DNA of 64,000 bases from an uncultured Phycisphaerales bacterium (GCA_963718665.1 OY970359.1:1248001-1312000); one strand, 5' to 3'; counted from the first letter of the stretch, positions 1-11,142 are shown. Program-made: numbers and translations. Notes: generated by a model not told the origin, from the sequence alone.

Positions 1-24
1 CTTAGGCAAACAGTTGGTTCCTGG

Positions 25-741
25 ATGCGACCGGTGGTGCCCGTCGATTGGGTGCAAAACGATGAAACATCATGGCTGGGACACTACTTAGGCAGCTTTG
101 AAAAATCTGTCCGTGCCACCCGATTTGCCGCCCGCATCGAGCGTCTCTCAGCACATACAACCCGCCTGGGCCCGCAGCGCCTTTGGGACAAGTACCTTGA
201 GATACCCGGCTACCATAAAAACAACTCTACTCGTCGGCCTGATGAAGTTCGCTCACACTTCGATGTCTGCAATCTCTTTGCCGACATAGTCCGTGTCCGT
301 CGCCCGAATCTCGTAGTCGAATTCGGAGCCGCGTTTGGCGTTTCCGGCATGTATTGGCTCGCAGGTCTGGAAGAAGCGTCTGCCGGCCGCCTCCTCAGCT
401 TTGAAGCCAATAAGGATTGGTGTGCCATAGCCCGACAAAATATGACTCAGATTGGGACACGGTTTAAACTTGTTGAAGGCACTTTCGAGAGCAACATTGA
501 TGTCGAACTTGCTCCCGGCGAAAAAATTGATATTTGCTTCATCGACGCCATCCACACCCGTGAATTCGTTACGCGCCAATTTGAAATAGTCGCGGCCCGA
601 CTTGCCCCGCAGGGCTTGGTCGTCATTGATGATGTTGATTTCCCAGGTATGGACGGATGCTGGGAAGATATTGCCGTCGATCCACGTGTTCGCGCCAGTG
701 CCATTTTGCGCCGTCACATCGGTATTGTTGAATTCAAATAA
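25..741 (+). CDS. Class I SAM-dependent methyltransferase (Methyltransf_24-like); may extend beyond the window start
   Basis: VVEFGAAFGVSG SAM motif, DICFIDAIH and VVIDD motifs; the frame is open back to position 1. Confidence 0.8.
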   Translation: MRPVVPVDWVQNDETSWLGHYLGSFEKSVRATRFAARIERLSAHTTRLGPQRLWDKYLEIPGYHKNNSTRRPDEVRSHFDVCNLFADIVRVRRPNLVVEFGAAFGVSGMYWLAGLEEASAGRLLSFEANKDWCAIARQNMTQIGTRFKLVEGTFESNIDVELAPGEKIDICFIDAIHTREFVTRQFEIVAARLAPQGLVVIDDVDFPGMDGCWEDIAVDPRVRASAILRRHIGIVEFK

Positions 742-846
742 ATTATATGCCGTCTGCAATAATGGCACAGTTTGCCAAGAAACACTTTGTGATTTCATTT
801 CGTTGCGAAATCGATAAATAACAACTTTCAGGGAGACAGTCAGAGC

Positions 847-1959
847 TTGGGTTTAAGAAATGTAATTAGAGCTTGCGGATTCGTAAAACGAATCGTTTTC
901 ACGAAAAAGCCGCGAATAGGTTACGTCGGAGGTTACCAGGGTCACAGAAACCTCGGCGACGAGGCCCTTTACGCTGCGCTCAGGCGGTTATTTTCATCAG
1001 GCAACTTTATCGACTACAACAGGGGGCTTTTGCCGAATCGTATAGTCAGGTCTCTTCCCAAATGCAACCTTATGCTTATGGGAGGAGGAACCATTGTTGG
1101 CGGGCAAAAGGAATCCTCGTATCGGTGGGCCAAAACATGCTTTACCCTCGCGCCTCACGGCATTGTCTTTGGTTCAGGTGTGGTCAGTCCGGAATTTACA
1201 ACTGCTGTCTTGGGGCAGCCGGCTGAAATCCAGAAACAGTGGGCGGATATTATAAAAAAATGTGATTACATCGGCGTCAGAGGCCCTTTATCGCGTGGCA
1301 TTCTTGAGGGGTGGGGAATTCATAATGTCGAGATTATCGGCGACCCCGTGCTGAATATTTCCCAAAGCAAAATGCCCGATGCCCATTCCATCGACAACAA
1401 CCTGATTGGTTTTAACGTCGGCCAGGCGGAAGGCAGCGTCTGGGGCAGCGAAACGCATATATGCGAAGAATTCATAAAATTGACACAAATTGCAGGCAAA
1501 GCCGGCTTCCGTATCAGGTGGTTTGTTGTTTGGCCAAAAGATTTGCCCGTGACTAAGCAGGTTGTCCGCAATAGTGGTGTACGGTCGGATATTTGTGAGA
1601 TTTACGAGGACTACGAGAAATATATGGATATCGTGAGTCAGGCAAATATCTTCGTGGGAATGAAGCTTCACGCCGTAGCGCTGGCAACCTGCGCTTACGT
1701 CCCATCAGTAATGCTCGAATATAATCCGAAATGCAGGGACTATATGGATTCGATTGGGCAGGGCGAATTTACGCTGCGCACCGATACGTTTACCGCACAG
1801 CAGGCATGGGAAAAAATTGAGAAGCTGCTCGCAAATCGCGCCTCTGTCGCAAAAAGTTTATTTGAAGCCGTCTCGAAATTTCGTAAACTTCAATCCATGC
1901 GGGCTTCTGAAATAAGTGCAAATCTCGGTTTGAAACAAATTAGCAATCGAAAGGACTAA
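847..1959 (+). CDS. Polysaccharide pyruvyl transferase family protein
   Basis: GHRNLGDEA, GGGT, IGVRG, GDP, GMKLHA and YNPKC motifs; TTG start with GGAG upstream. Confidence 0.85.
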   Translation: MGLRNVIRACGFVKRIVFTKKPRIGYVGGYQGHRNLGDEALYAALRRLFSSGNFIDYNRGLLPNRIVRSLPKCNLMLMGGGTIVGGQKESSYRWAKTCFTLAPHGIVFGSGVVSPEFTTAVLGQPAEIQKQWADIIKKCDYIGVRGPLSRGILEGWGIHNVEIIGDPVLNISQSKMPDAHSIDNNLIGFNVGQAEGSVWGSETHICEEFIKLTQIAGKAGFRIRWFVVWPKDLPVTKQVVRNSGVRSDICEIYEDYEKYMDIVSQANIFVGMKLHAVALATCAYVPSVMLEYNPKCRDYMDSIGQGEFTLRTDTFTAQQAWEKIEKLLANRASVAKSLFEAVSKFRKLQSMRASEISANLGLKQISNRKD

Positions 1960-1963
1960 ACAT

Positions 1964-3004
1964 ATCGGTAAAGCTAAACGCATTCTGATTGTCGCCGACC
2001 TCACTTATAAGCCGGCCAAAATGTTTATTTACCAGCCGCCTAAACTGGCCAAAGGTTTTATACGCCTCGGCCACGACGTTCGCCTGTTTAATTACACCGG
2101 CGCTCTAAATGAGTTAAGCTGTTTCAAAAGCAAAACCCTCACTCGATTATTTTACAAGCGAAAAGCCGACTATCTTCTCTCAGCCGAAATCAAGGCCTAC
2201 AAACCTGATGTCGTTCACATCAGCTTCCCGAGAATGCTCGATGGAGATACCGTCGAACATATCCGAAACGCCACCCCCAATGCCGTCTTCATAGGTTTCG
2301 ATGGCGACCTATGGCCTGCTTTGCGGCCAGAACGAATCAATGTCGCAAAAAAGCTCGACATCGTTACCGCGACCAATGATGGCGCGGGCCTGCTGGCCTA
2401 TAAGGATGCCGGCGTGCCAAAATGTGTCTTTATGCCCAATATGTGCGACCCCGATACCGATCATCGATATGACGTTGAGGAAAAATGGAAGACCGACATC
2501 CTCTGGACCGGACTAATCATACACGACCCCAAACGATACCCCGGCGAGCAAATGCGTTACGATATTATCAACCAATTGAACAAAATGCCGAATTGTGCCG
2601 TTTACGGCTGCTGCGGCAAACCCGGTATAGGCGGCATTGACTACCTTTATGCAATCAGCGGCGCAAAAATCGGACTAAGCATCAACGCCGACAACAATGT
2701 TCGCCTTTATCATTCCGACCGGCTGACGCATTACCTTTCCTGCGGCACTTTTGCCCTCGCCAAAAAAGTCCCGGACAGCGACCTGCTTTTTAAAGATAAG
2801 CAACACCTGCGGTATTTTGAAACCGCTGAAGAATTCTTTGAATTGGCGGACTGGTTCCTTAAACACGCCAACGAGAGAAAAAAAATCGCCGACGCCGGAA
2901 TGAAATGGATGCACGAACAGTTCAACAACGTCAAAATCGCCGGCTATATCCTCGATTTGATTGAAAAAGGCGCATATAAAGCACCCTGGAATTCTGCCCT
3001 ATGA
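1964..3004 (+). CDS. Glycosyltransferase (CgeB/Glyco_trans_1_2-like); probable start at ATC 1964, first ATG at 2021
   Basis: YHSDRLTHYLSCG and ERKKIADAG C-terminal motifs; in-frame KRILIVADL lies upstream of ATG 2021. Confidence 0.8.
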   Translation: MGKAKRILIVADLTYKPAKMFIYQPPKLAKGFIRLGHDVRLFNYTGALNELSCFKSKTLTRLFYKRKADYLLSAEIKAYKPDVVHISFPRMLDGDTVEHIRNATPNAVFIGFDGDLWPALRPERINVAKKLDIVTATNDGAGLLAYKDAGVPKCVFMPNMCDPDTDHRYDVEEKWKTDILWTGLIIHDPKRYPGEQMRYDIINQLNKMPNCAVYGCCGKPGIGGIDYLYAISGAKIGLSINADNNVRLYHSDRLTHYLSCGTFALAKKVPDSDLLFKDKQHLRYFETAEEFFELADWFLKHANERKKIADAGMKWMHEQFNNVKIAGYILDLIEKGAYKAPWNSAL

Positions 3005-3918
3005 CGCAAAACATTCGGACAATTCCAGTTTTATGTAATATATGCCAGCGCGACAACGCCACGCCGCTTTGGATGGCGATTGACCGTCTTCACGGATTCG
3101 AAGGAAAGTTTCAATATGTTCAGTGTAAGGGTTGCGGCTTGGTCTATATGAATCCGCAGATTGCGCCAGAGCGCATCTCACAATTTTATCCCGATGACTA
3201 CGCCCCCCATCAAGCCGGCTCGGCATCAACAGGCAAAAATGTTCATAAACCGGATTTGCCCAGAATGATTCTCGATACGCTGAATTCTCAATCGAGCGTG
3301 CTCGACATCGGCTGCGGCAACGGCGAGTTTCTCAACCGGGTGCGTCAATTCTGCCGCTGCCGGGTCAGCGGGGTCGATACCTCTGAAAATGCCGTCCTCT
3401 GTGCAAAAAAACAGTGTGGCCTTGACGTGTTCCGCGGGGAAATTACGGCGGCTCCTTTTGAAGAAAAATCCTTTGACCTGATTACCGCCTGGTCCTGCAT
3501 CGAACATATGAATAACCCGGCACAGGCCGTTAAAAAAATATTTGCGCTTTGTAAACCCGGCGGCTTTCTGTTTATCAAAACCCCCAATTACGACAGTTTC
3601 GCCGCAAAGTTGTTCAAAGACAAATGGTATCATCTGGACTGCCCACGTCATTTATACATATTTTCCCCTGCTGCCATTACCGCCTTGCTCGAAAAATCCG
3701 GTTTCGAGGCGGTCAACGTGTACCACAAACCATCATCCAAGGGGTGGCTTGGCTCGCTGCAATATGTTTTTTACGGCGACAATTATCATCCGACAACAAA
3801 AAACAAGCTTCGCCGTTCTGCTTTGGCCAAGGCGTTTGTCTCGCCGTTATCTCGTTTGTCGGCATGGCTGAAAAAAGCCGATACTATGATGATAACCGCC
3901 CGGAGAAAAAAATCGTGA
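3001..3918 (+). CDS. Class I SAM-dependent methyltransferase with N-terminal Zn-binding motif
   Basis: CNIC...CKGC, VLDIGCGNG, FDLITAWSCIEH, PRHLYIFS; ATGA overlap with the upstream gene. Confidence 0.85.
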   Translation: MTQNIRTIPVLCNICQRDNATPLWMAIDRLHGFEGKFQYVQCKGCGLVYMNPQIAPERISQFYPDDYAPHQAGSASTGKNVHKPDLPRMILDTLNSQSSVLDIGCGNGEFLNRVRQFCRCRVSGVDTSENAVLCAKKQCGLDVFRGEITAAPFEEKSFDLITAWSCIEHMNNPAQAVKKIFALCKPGGFLFIKTPNYDSFAAKLFKDKWYHLDCPRHLYIFSPAAITALLEKSGFEAVNVYHKPSSKGWLGSLQYVFYGDNYHPTTKNKLRRSALAKAFVSPLSRLSAWLKKADTMMITARRKKS

Positions 3919-4907
3919 AACTTTTGATTCTGTCAAACAATACAGACCGGGCGAGTTTCAGGCAGCGTATAGCCGTTTACCTCGATACCCTCAGGACCAG
4001 CGGCATCGATTGCCGCGTCGAGCAATTGCCGCAGTGGATATTGTCTCGTCGCCGGCTGTTTATGCAGGCAAAGGATTTCGATGCTGTTTTTCTTCACAAA
4101 AAAATACTGAACCCATTTGATGCTCATTATCTTAAGAAATACGCGAAGAAAATAATTTATGACTTCGATGATGCCATAATGTTCGACGACAAACACCCTG
4201 AAAGACCACATCACAAACGGCAAACTTCTTTCAGAAGAACCGCTGCGCTTGCTGACCTTGTTATCGCCGGTAACTTTTATCTGGCCGAATACGCGAGAAG
4301 ATTTAATCCGAACGTCGAAATACTGCCCACCGGCCTTGATACAAAGGCCTACAAAACTACCGCAAAAAAAACCGGCGACGGCAAAATACGCCTCGTCTGG
4401 ATAGGCAGCCGCCCCACTTTACCTCATTTAAAACAAATATCGCCTGCACTTGAAGAAATCGGCTCACGTTTCGATAATGTTATCCTCAGAATCATCTCAG
4501 ACGAATTTTTTGACCTGCAAAATATCCCCGTCGAAAAAAAACCGTGGTCTCTGGAAACTGAAGCAGCAGAGCTTGTCAGCAGCGATATAGGTCTTGCGCC
4601 ACTGGCCAACAACAATTTTACAAGAGGTAAATGCGGCTTCAAAATCCTCCAGTATCAAGCTGCCGGCCTGCCCGTTGTCGCAAGTCCGGTTGGCGTCGAT
4701 GCGGAGCTTATCCGCGATGACGTCAATGGTTACCTCGCCGCTGCTGTTACGGATTGGGTTGAGAAATTATCTGCCTTGATTAAAGATACATCATTAAAAA
4801 CAAAAATGGGACAGGCAGCGATACAAACGGTTTCATCTTTTGATTTGGGCGCCATTGGCCCACGGCTTGTTGCTCTGATTACAAAGGCAATTGCTGCCTC
4901 GAAATGA
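3915..4907 (+). CDS. Glycosyltransferase family 4 (GT-B)
   Basis: IYDFDDA and GKCGFKILQYQAAGLPVVASPVG; GTG start overlaps the upstream TGA, so the ORF-track extension to 3624 is spurious. Confidence 0.85.
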   Translation: MKLLILSNNTDRASFRQRIAVYLDTLRTSGIDCRVEQLPQWILSRRRLFMQAKDFDAVFLHKKILNPFDAHYLKKYAKKIIYDFDDAIMFDDKHPERPHHKRQTSFRRTAALADLVIAGNFYLAEYARRFNPNVEILPTGLDTKAYKTTAKKTGDGKIRLVWIGSRPTLPHLKQISPALEEIGSRFDNVILRIISDEFFDLQNIPVEKKPWSLETEAAELVSSDIGLAPLANNNFTRGKCGFKILQYQAAGLPVVASPVGVDAELIRDDVNGYLAAAVTDWVEKLSALIKDTSLKTKMGQAAIQTVSSFDLGAIGPRLVALITKAIAASK

Positions 4908-4924
4908 TTCATAGAGCTTAACGG

Positions 4925-5761
4925 CTACTTGCCTATAACACATATCCCCATCTTGTCCGCCAGAGCAAGCGTCTGGGGTTTGTCGATAATTATCGTCTTG
5001 CCGGCTTCGACCACAAGGCATTTTGCGCCGTTCGTCGCCAGCGAGCTTATTGTATCAGGCCCCACACAGGGGACATCGAATCGCATATCCTTTTTTGCCT
5101 TGGCTGCTTTGAGAAGTGTCCAGCCGCCCGCCCGGCACAGCCGACCCGCGCGTTCAATCATATCCGCCGTGCCTTCAATCCCCTCGACCGCTATAACTTC
5201 CCGTTCCTTGACAGCGATTGCCTGGCCTATGTCCATCTCCGCTATTTTTTTTACGATAGGCCAGCCAAATTCGATGTCGTCGGCAAGCGATGCGCTCGGC
5301 CCTCGTCCGGTCATAGGCCCGTTTGTCGCCAGGTGCTCTTTGCAGTATTTCGTCGAATCTTCCAGAATTATTCCTCCGCTTGCCAGCTCATCCGCCAGGG
5401 CCGACAGCAGCGTTTCATTTTGCTTGTTTTTCTTGCGAAGCCGCCAGTACCAGATTCTCACCGCCCGCCAGTCGGGCAGGTATCTCAGAATTCGCCAGGG
5501 CGTAAAAATCCGTCCCTTGGCAACGCGCCCCACCATAACAGTGCCTGTTACGCCGTGTCTTTTTAATCTGCGAATCCAGTTGCCCGGCCGGGCCAGCGGC
5601 ACCGTATAAAAAACATCCACCTCATCCGCCAGCGCCTGTTCCGTGCTTCCTTCAAGGCCGACGCAAATAACTTTCACCCCTGCCTGCCTGGCGCCGGCCG
5701 CTATCATAAAGGGGAGCCGGCCTTCGCCCGCAATCAATCCGACAATTTTGGCGCTATCCAT
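4925..5761 (-). CDS. lpxI: UDP-2,3-diacylglucosamine diphosphatase, LpxI family
   Basis: GLIAGEGRLP, DIGQ, AVEGIEGTADMIER, DMRFDVP; adjacent to lpxD. Confidence 0.9.
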   Translation of the reverse strand: MDSAKIVGLIAGEGRLPFMIAAGARQAGVKVICVGLEGSTEQALADEVDVFYTVPLARPGNWIRRLKRHGVTGTVMVGRVAKGRIFTPWRILRYLPDWRAVRIWYWRLRKKNKQNETLLSALADELASGGIILEDSTKYCKEHLATNGPMTGRGPSASLADDIEFGWPIVKKIAEMDIGQAIAVKEREVIAVEGIEGTADMIERAGRLCRAGGWTLLKAAKAKKDMRFDVPCVGPDTISSLATNGAKCLVVEAGKTIIIDKPQTLALADKMGICVIGK

Positions 5762-5784
5762 ATTACTCCCAGACCAGGAAAAAT

Positions 5785-6867
5785 TTATGGTTGTGCGGAA
5801 TGCGGCGAATCTTCCGGGCGGGACGGTTCATTTTCTCCGCCGGATAAAAGCTGCCTCATCTGCGCCTGAAGTTCACGGATGTTTTGTTTCATCTCGGGAA
5901 GATACTGAATCATACCGTAAGCGCGTTTGCCCTGCCCTGCGTCTATCGCCGGGGCTCCCAATATAACTTTGCCGTCAGAGACGTTATTGATTACGCCCGC
6001 CTGGGCGCCGATTGCGACGCAGTTTCCGATAGTGATATGCCCGACGAGTCCCGCCTGTCCGCCGATAATGCAGTGATGCCCCAGTGTCGTTGAGCCGGCG
6101 ATGCCCACTTGTGCCACAAGCAGGCAGTGAGGCCCAACCTTTGTCCCGTGACCAATAGCAATCAAATCGCCAAGTTTGCTTCCCTGCCCGATTATCGTAT
6201 CGTTGAGCGTTCCCCGCTCAATCCCGCAGCAGGCGCCTATCTCAACGTCATCCTCTATTATAACGCTGCCGATTTGCGGTATCTTGTGATGAACCCCGCT
6301 ATGCGTGGCAAAACCGAAGCCGTCTTCGCCGATTGTCGCGTTTGAATTGATAATCACCCGGCTGCCTATCTTGCACCCCTCGTAAATTACGACGTTGGGG
6401 TACAGGATGCAGTCGTTGCCTACCTGAACATTTTCGCCTATGAACGTGCAGGGATAAATTACACAGCCGTCGCCAATTTTTGCGCCGTCGGAGATTGTAA
6501 CAAAATCGTGGATTTGGCAGCCGGCGCCGACTTTGGCGCTGTCGGAAATAATCGCGCGGGGACTGATGCCTACTTTCTTGTGCTTTCGATGACCGTGCAG
6601 CGACACCATAATCTGCATAAAAGCGTAATACGGGTCTTCGGCCACCAAAAGCGGCACCGCGCCCGCGGCGACCGTGTCCTTACCCACAATCACCGCGCTG
6701 GCTTTTGTCGTGAGTAGTTGCTTTTCGTATTTTTCATTGCTGAGAAAACTTATATCGCCTTCGCCGGCCCTGCCTAATGTCGCGGCGGAGCGAATCTTGA
6801 TATTTGCGTCACCGAGGACGCGCCCGCCGACATACTGGGCCAGTTCGCCTAAGGTTTTGGTCGTCAT
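5785..6867 (-). CDS. lpxD: UDP-3-O-(3-hydroxyacyl)glucosamine N-acyltransferase
   Basis: Hexapeptide repeats, GEDGFGF, KIPQIG, IGHG; the start is ATG 6867 or the upstream codon at 6876. Confidence 0.95.
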   Translation of the reverse strand: MTTKTLGELAQYVGGRVLGDANIKIRSAATLGRAGEGDISFLSNEKYEKQLLTTKASAVIVGKDTVAAGAVPLLVAEDPYYAFMQIMVSLHGHRKHKKVGISPRAIISDSAKVGAGCQIHDFVTISDGAKIGDGCVIYPCTFIGENVQVGNDCILYPNVVIYEGCKIGSRVIINSNATIGEDGFGFATHSGVHHKIPQIGSVIIEDDVEIGACCGIERGTLNDTIIGQGSKLGDLIAIGHGTKVGPHCLLVAQVGIAGSTTLGHHCIIGGQAGLVGHITIGNCVAIGAQAGVINNVSDGKVILGAPAIDAGQGKRAYGMIQYLPEMKQNIRELQAQMRQLLSGGENEPSRPEDSPHSAQP

Positions 6868-7007
6868 AAGAACCACCTTTTCGGAAAATCGTTTCCTGTT
6901 CGCGGCCTATTCTGTCAAGGCCAACGGTATTATAGCAGATTTGCCTCGCCGGTCAACCTGCGACAAATAATGCACCCGCCGCTTGTTTACCGCAGGGCGT
7001 CGGAGGG

Positions 7008-8090
7008 TCAACCTGTGGCTAATAACACAGCCGCCGCCTTATTTTGCAAATCTTCTGAAGTTGCTGCGGTAAAATCCGGAGTATTATTTTGCAGTATAGT
7101 TACAGCGGACCCGATTGGACGATAAATGGCTGGGTCGGTGGGGCCGAATACGGCGACCGTTCGGATTCCTAAAGCCGCAGCCAAGTGCGTTATTCCGCTG
7201 TCGTTGCCCAGAAAAGCCCTCGAACAGCTCAATATCGCAAGCACGTCCGACAAGGGTAAATCAGTAAGTAAATTTCCAAGTCCCCGAATGTAACTTATCG
7301 TTGATTCGCCGAATCGTTCCATCTCAGCAGGCCCGAGCAGAAATACTGAATCCATTCCCTCTTTCTCGAGCATTCGCGCCACCGCAAGGAAATTACCCAG
7401 ATGCCAGCATTTATGCGCCCCGCCGCTGCCCGGATGTATAACCATGGGTTTGACCGTTGGCATAATACCATTTTCAGCTAATATCTCCATCCCCCTGAGC
7501 TTATCCGCCTGTGTTGGTCTTATCAGGGGCATACTAATCGCCGAATCGTGCTCTTGAGATGACAATTCGCCCGCGGTGAGCTTGTCGAACCCGCCTTGTT
7601 CAACAAATTGCTTCCTGTAAAAATCGCTGACGTGGATATTGTGTTCCGCCGCCGGCTTCATCGCCAGCGTAATCACTTCCGCACTGTTGCTGCAATTTAC
7701 CGTGAAAATCAGGTTCTTCTCGAAAGGACTGTTCGACTCGCCTAAGAAACTGGCAATCCAGGAATAACCTGCAAACGCCATAATCAGCGGGTCGCCATCG
7801 GCAACCTCAAAATCTCCCTCACCGGCGAACAGCCGATGCAAACTTATCGAATCCAGCGACTTGACCGCATCGACACAGCTTCTCCCCGGCAGCATCCCAA
7901 GGTGTTCCGTATGGCCTATGATATCGACTCCGCCGGGGCAAACCGTTTCTTTCATCAGCTCCGCCAGAGGCAGCGTCAAAATACAATCGCCTATCGCCCC
8001 CGGCTGTAAAATCACCCCGCGCCGGCCCTGCTGTGCCGCAATCGCCAGCTTTTCCCGCAGCTTGTCTATAATATTGCTTTTTCCGCACAT
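7008..8090 (-). CDS. Glycosyltransferase family 9 (heptosyltransferase-like)
   Basis: GAIGD, HPGSGGAHKCW, GNDSGITHLAAALG, FGPT. Confidence 0.9.
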   Translation of the reverse strand: MCGKSNIIDKLREKLAIAAQQGRRGVILQPGAIGDCILTLPLAELMKETVCPGGVDIIGHTEHLGMLPGRSCVDAVKSLDSISLHRLFAGEGDFEVADGDPLIMAFAGYSWIASFLGESNSPFEKNLIFTVNCSNSAEVITLAMKPAAEHNIHVSDFYRKQFVEQGGFDKLTAGELSSQEHDSAISMPLIRPTQADKLRGMEILAENGIMPTVKPMVIHPGSGGAHKCWHLGNFLAVARMLEKEGMDSVFLLGPAEMERFGESTISYIRGLGNLLTDLPLSDVLAILSCSRAFLGNDSGITHLAAALGIRTVAVFGPTDPAIYRPIGSAVTILQNNTPDFTAATSEDLQNKAAAVLLATG

Positions 8091-8216
8091 ATTTCGTTTG
8101 TGTAATATATCTTATTGAGGGGCTTGGTAACAAGAACGCAGGAGCTTTTATTGAGCAAGATGTGATTTTGAGTTATAATTGTGAGGTTTTGGACGGGAGC
8201 GAAAGATAGGGTAAAG

Positions 8217-10271
8217 ATGGCAAAGTTTGAACTGAATAATGCGATGAAGCCGGGTGGGGACCAGCCGGCAGCGATAAGCCGGCTGATGGAAGGGCTGCGC
8301 ACAGGTAAAAAGTTCCAGACGCTGATGGGCGTAACCGGGTCGGGCAAGACATTCACAATGGCAAATATCATCGCGGCATATAATCGGCCTACATTAGTCG
8401 TATCGCACAACAAGACCTTAGCAGCGCAACTTTACGAAGAGTTCAAGGATTTATTCCCCAATAACGCGGTCGAGTATTTCGTGAGCTATTACGATTATTA
8501 CCAGCCGGAGGCGTATATCCCGCAAAGAGATATATACATCGAAAAAGACGCCTCGAAAAACGCGGATTTGGACCGATTACGACTTTCGACTACGATGAGC
8601 TTATCGACCCGCGAGGATTGCATCATCGTGGCGTCGGTATCGTGTATATTCGGATTGGGTTCGCCGGAAGATTACAAGGCAAGCGTCGTGGGCGTGAGGG
8701 TAGGCGACACGATTGACAGAAATACCCTGCTCGGCCGATTGGCGGACATTCAATACTCAAGGAATGACTTTGATTTTCAAAGGGGCAAATTCCGTGTCCG
8801 CGGGGACGTGGTCGAATTGCACCCTTCTTATGAGTCGTTCGCGATTAGATTCGAGTTTTTCGGCGACCAGATTGAAAAAATCAGCTACATAAACCCGGTC
8901 AGCGGAGATATCCTCGCCCAAGAGGAGCAGGTCTTTATCTACCCAGCGCAGCATTACGTTACCGGCGGCGACAGGTTACTTGGCGCGATAGAAGGAATAA
9001 AGGCGGAATTATCACAGCGACTGATGGAGCTTCGCAGCCAGGCCAAATTGTTAGAGGCACAACGTCTTGAGGCACGCACAAAATACGATATCGAGATGCT
9101 GCAGGAAGTCGGCTATTGCAGCGGAATAGAAAATTACAGCAGACATTTGGCGGGATTGCCCGCAGGGTCGAAACCATATACGCTGATAGATTATTTCCCG
9201 AAGGATTTCCTGTTATTTATCGACGAGTCGCACGTAACGATTCCACAATTGCGCGGGATGTGGGCGGGCGACAGGAGCAGGAAGGACGTATTGGTCGAGC
9301 ACGGCTTCAGGTTGCCGAGTGCATTGGATAACAGGCCTTTGCGGTTCGAGGAATTCGAGGAAAAATGGAACCAGGTGGTTTTTGTTTCCGCGACGCCCGG
9401 TCCTTTTGAGATGGCTAAGTGCAATAACGAGGTGGTGGAGCAGATAATCAGACCAACAGGACTGATTGACCCGGAGATTTTTGTTCAGCCGGCAAAAGAC
9501 CAGGTGACGCATCTCATCGGCGAAATTGAGAAGCGAATCAAGGTCGGCGAAAGAGTCCTGGTAACGACGCTGACGAAAAAAATGGCGGAAGACCTGTCCG
9601 GGTTTATCGCTAAAAAGGGCATCAAGTGCCAATACCTTCACAGCGAGATTGAAACTTTGGAGAGAGTTGAAATCCTGCGCAACCTCCGGCTGGGACAGTT
9701 TGACGTGTTAGTGGGAATAAACCTGCTGCGCGAAGGGCTGGATTTGCCCGAGGTATCGATGGTGGCGATTCTGGACGCGGACAAGGAAGGATTCCTGCGG
9801 AGCGAGACGTCGCTGATACAAACTATAGGCAGGACCGCCAGAAACGTCAACGCGACGGTGTATTTGTATGCGGACACCGTCACCGAATCGATGAAGAAAG
9901 CTATTGACGAAACGTCCAGACGGCGTAAAATTCAGCTTGAATACAACCGTGAACACAACATCACCCCGGAAACGATACGCAAGGAAATACGGTCGGGGCT
10001 GGCAGTGGAATTCAAGGCCAGGCAGGCCGCGCGCGAGGCGGTGCGGTTTGAGCCGGATGAATTCGAGAAAGTCGAGTTGGTAGGGCAAATCGAAAAAGAA
10101 ATGCTCGAAGCCGCTGCGGCTCTTGATTTTGAGCGGGCCGCGTTTTTGCGAGACAAGCTCAAGGAACTGAAAGAACTGCCGCAAATGGTGCTGCTGGATT
10201 CAAAAAAGAAGAAAAGTGAATTTTTGGCCACAAAGAAACTGAAGCGATTCAATAATCAAAACGAAAGGTGA
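8217..10271 (+). CDS. uvrB: Excinuclease ABC subunit B
   Basis: GVTGSGKT Walker [23 protein letters not shown]-terminal UVR domain. Confidence 0.98.
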   Translation: MAKFELNNAMKPGGDQPAAISRLMEGLRTGKKFQTLMGVTGSGKTFTMANIIAAYNRPTLVVSHNKTLAAQLYEEFKDLFPNNAVEYFVSYYDYYQPEAYIPQRDIYIEKDASKNADLDRLRLSTTMSLSTREDCIIVASVSCIFGLGSPEDYKASVVGVRVGDTIDRNTLLGRLADIQYSRNDFDFQRGKFRVRGDVVELHPSYESFAIRFEFFGDQIEKISYINPVSGDILAQEEQVFIYPAQHYVTGGDRLLGAIEGIKAELSQRLMELRSQAKLLEAQRLEARTKYDIEMLQEVGYCSGIENYSRHLAGLPAGSKPYTLIDYFPKDFLLFIDESHVTIPQLRGMWAGDRSRKDVLVEHGFRLPSALDNRPLRFEEFEEKWNQVVFVSATPGPFEMAKCNNEVVEQIIRPTGLIDPEIFVQPAKDQVTHLIGEIEKRIKVGERVLVTTLTKKMAEDLSGFIAKKGIKCQYLHSEIETLERVEILRNLRLGQFDVLVGINLLREGLDLPEVSMVAILDADKEGFLRSETSLIQTIGRTARNVNATVYLYADTVTESMKKAIDETSRRRKIQLEYNREHNITPETIRKEIRSGLAVEFKARQAAREAVRFEPDEFEKVELVGQIEKEMLEAAAALDFERAAFLRDKLKELKELPQMVLLDSKKKKSEFLATKKLKRFNNQNER

Positions 10272-10272
10272 T

Positions 10273-11142
10273 ATGAACAAGCTTGAAATGGAAAAAGTAG
10301 TGCCGCTGCTGAAACTGGCAATAGAGGAAGACATGGGACAGGGTGATATGACCAGCGACCTGTTCTTCAGGAGCAACGTCATCGACAAGGCGGATATCAT
10401 CTCCCGCGAAGAAATAATCGTATGCGGGATACCAATAGCGAAAACGATACTGCGTATGTATGACAAGCGTTTGAAGCTTGATGCGTATGTCAAAGACGGG
10501 CAGCAGGCCTACGTCGGCTGTCACCTGGCAACCATCAGGGGGCCGCTTGGCCCGATGCTGACCGCGGAGCGGGTGGTGTTAAATTTTATGCAGCGGCTGT
10601 GCGGGATAGCGACCACGACAAAAAAATACGTCAGGGCAGTGCTGGGAACAAATGCTAAGATATACGACACGCGAAAAACGCTGCCCGGCTGGCGGATACT
10701 CGAAAAATACGCCGTGCGATGCGGCGGCGGATACAATCACCGCCTCGGGCTTTACGACGGCATATTGATTAAGGATAATCATATTGCGCAATTGGGCAGG
10801 AATTTTAAGCCCAAGCTGAAAAAAATTATCGAAGAGGCACGCAAGATAAAACACGCCAAATTTGTCGCCGTAGAGGTTGACCACGTCGATGACCAGCTCA
10901 ACTATGTGCTGGCGATACCGGGCATCGACATAGTCCTGCTGGACAATATGGGACAGTGGCAGCTAAAGCACGCCGTGCAAATGAAACGCAAAATGTGCGG
11001 CAAGGGTAAGCCCCTGCTGGAAGCATCGGGCAATATAACGCTGGCAAACGTCTCGGCGATTGCGCAATCCGGCGTGGACCGGATAGCGGTTGGGGCGATT
11101 ACGCACTCGGCAACGGCTGTCGATATCGGGGTTGACAGGTGA
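10273..11142 (+). CDS. nadC: Quinolinate phosphoribosyltransferase
   Basis: DTRKTLPG, NHRLGLYD, KDNH, LLDNM, EASG. Confidence 0.96.
   Translation: MNKLEMEKVVPLLKLAIEEDMGQGDMTSDLFFRSNVIDKADIISREEIIVCGIPIAKTILRMYDKRLKLDAYVKDGQQAYVGCHLATIRGPLGPMLTAERVVLNFMQRLCGIATTTKKYVRAVLGTNAKIYDTRKTLPGWRILEKYAVRCGGGYNHRLGLYDGILIKDNHIAQLGRNFKPKLKKIIEEARKIKHAKFVAVEVDHVDDQLNYVLAIPGIDIVLLDNMGQWQLKHAVQMKRKMCGKGKPLLEASGNITLANVSAIAQSGVDRIAVGAITHSATAVDIGVDR

Noticed and set aside
3624..3914. N-terminal extension of the GT4 ORF
   Set aside because: Overlaps the methyltransferase gene; the GTG at 3915 coupled to the upstream stop is the credible start.
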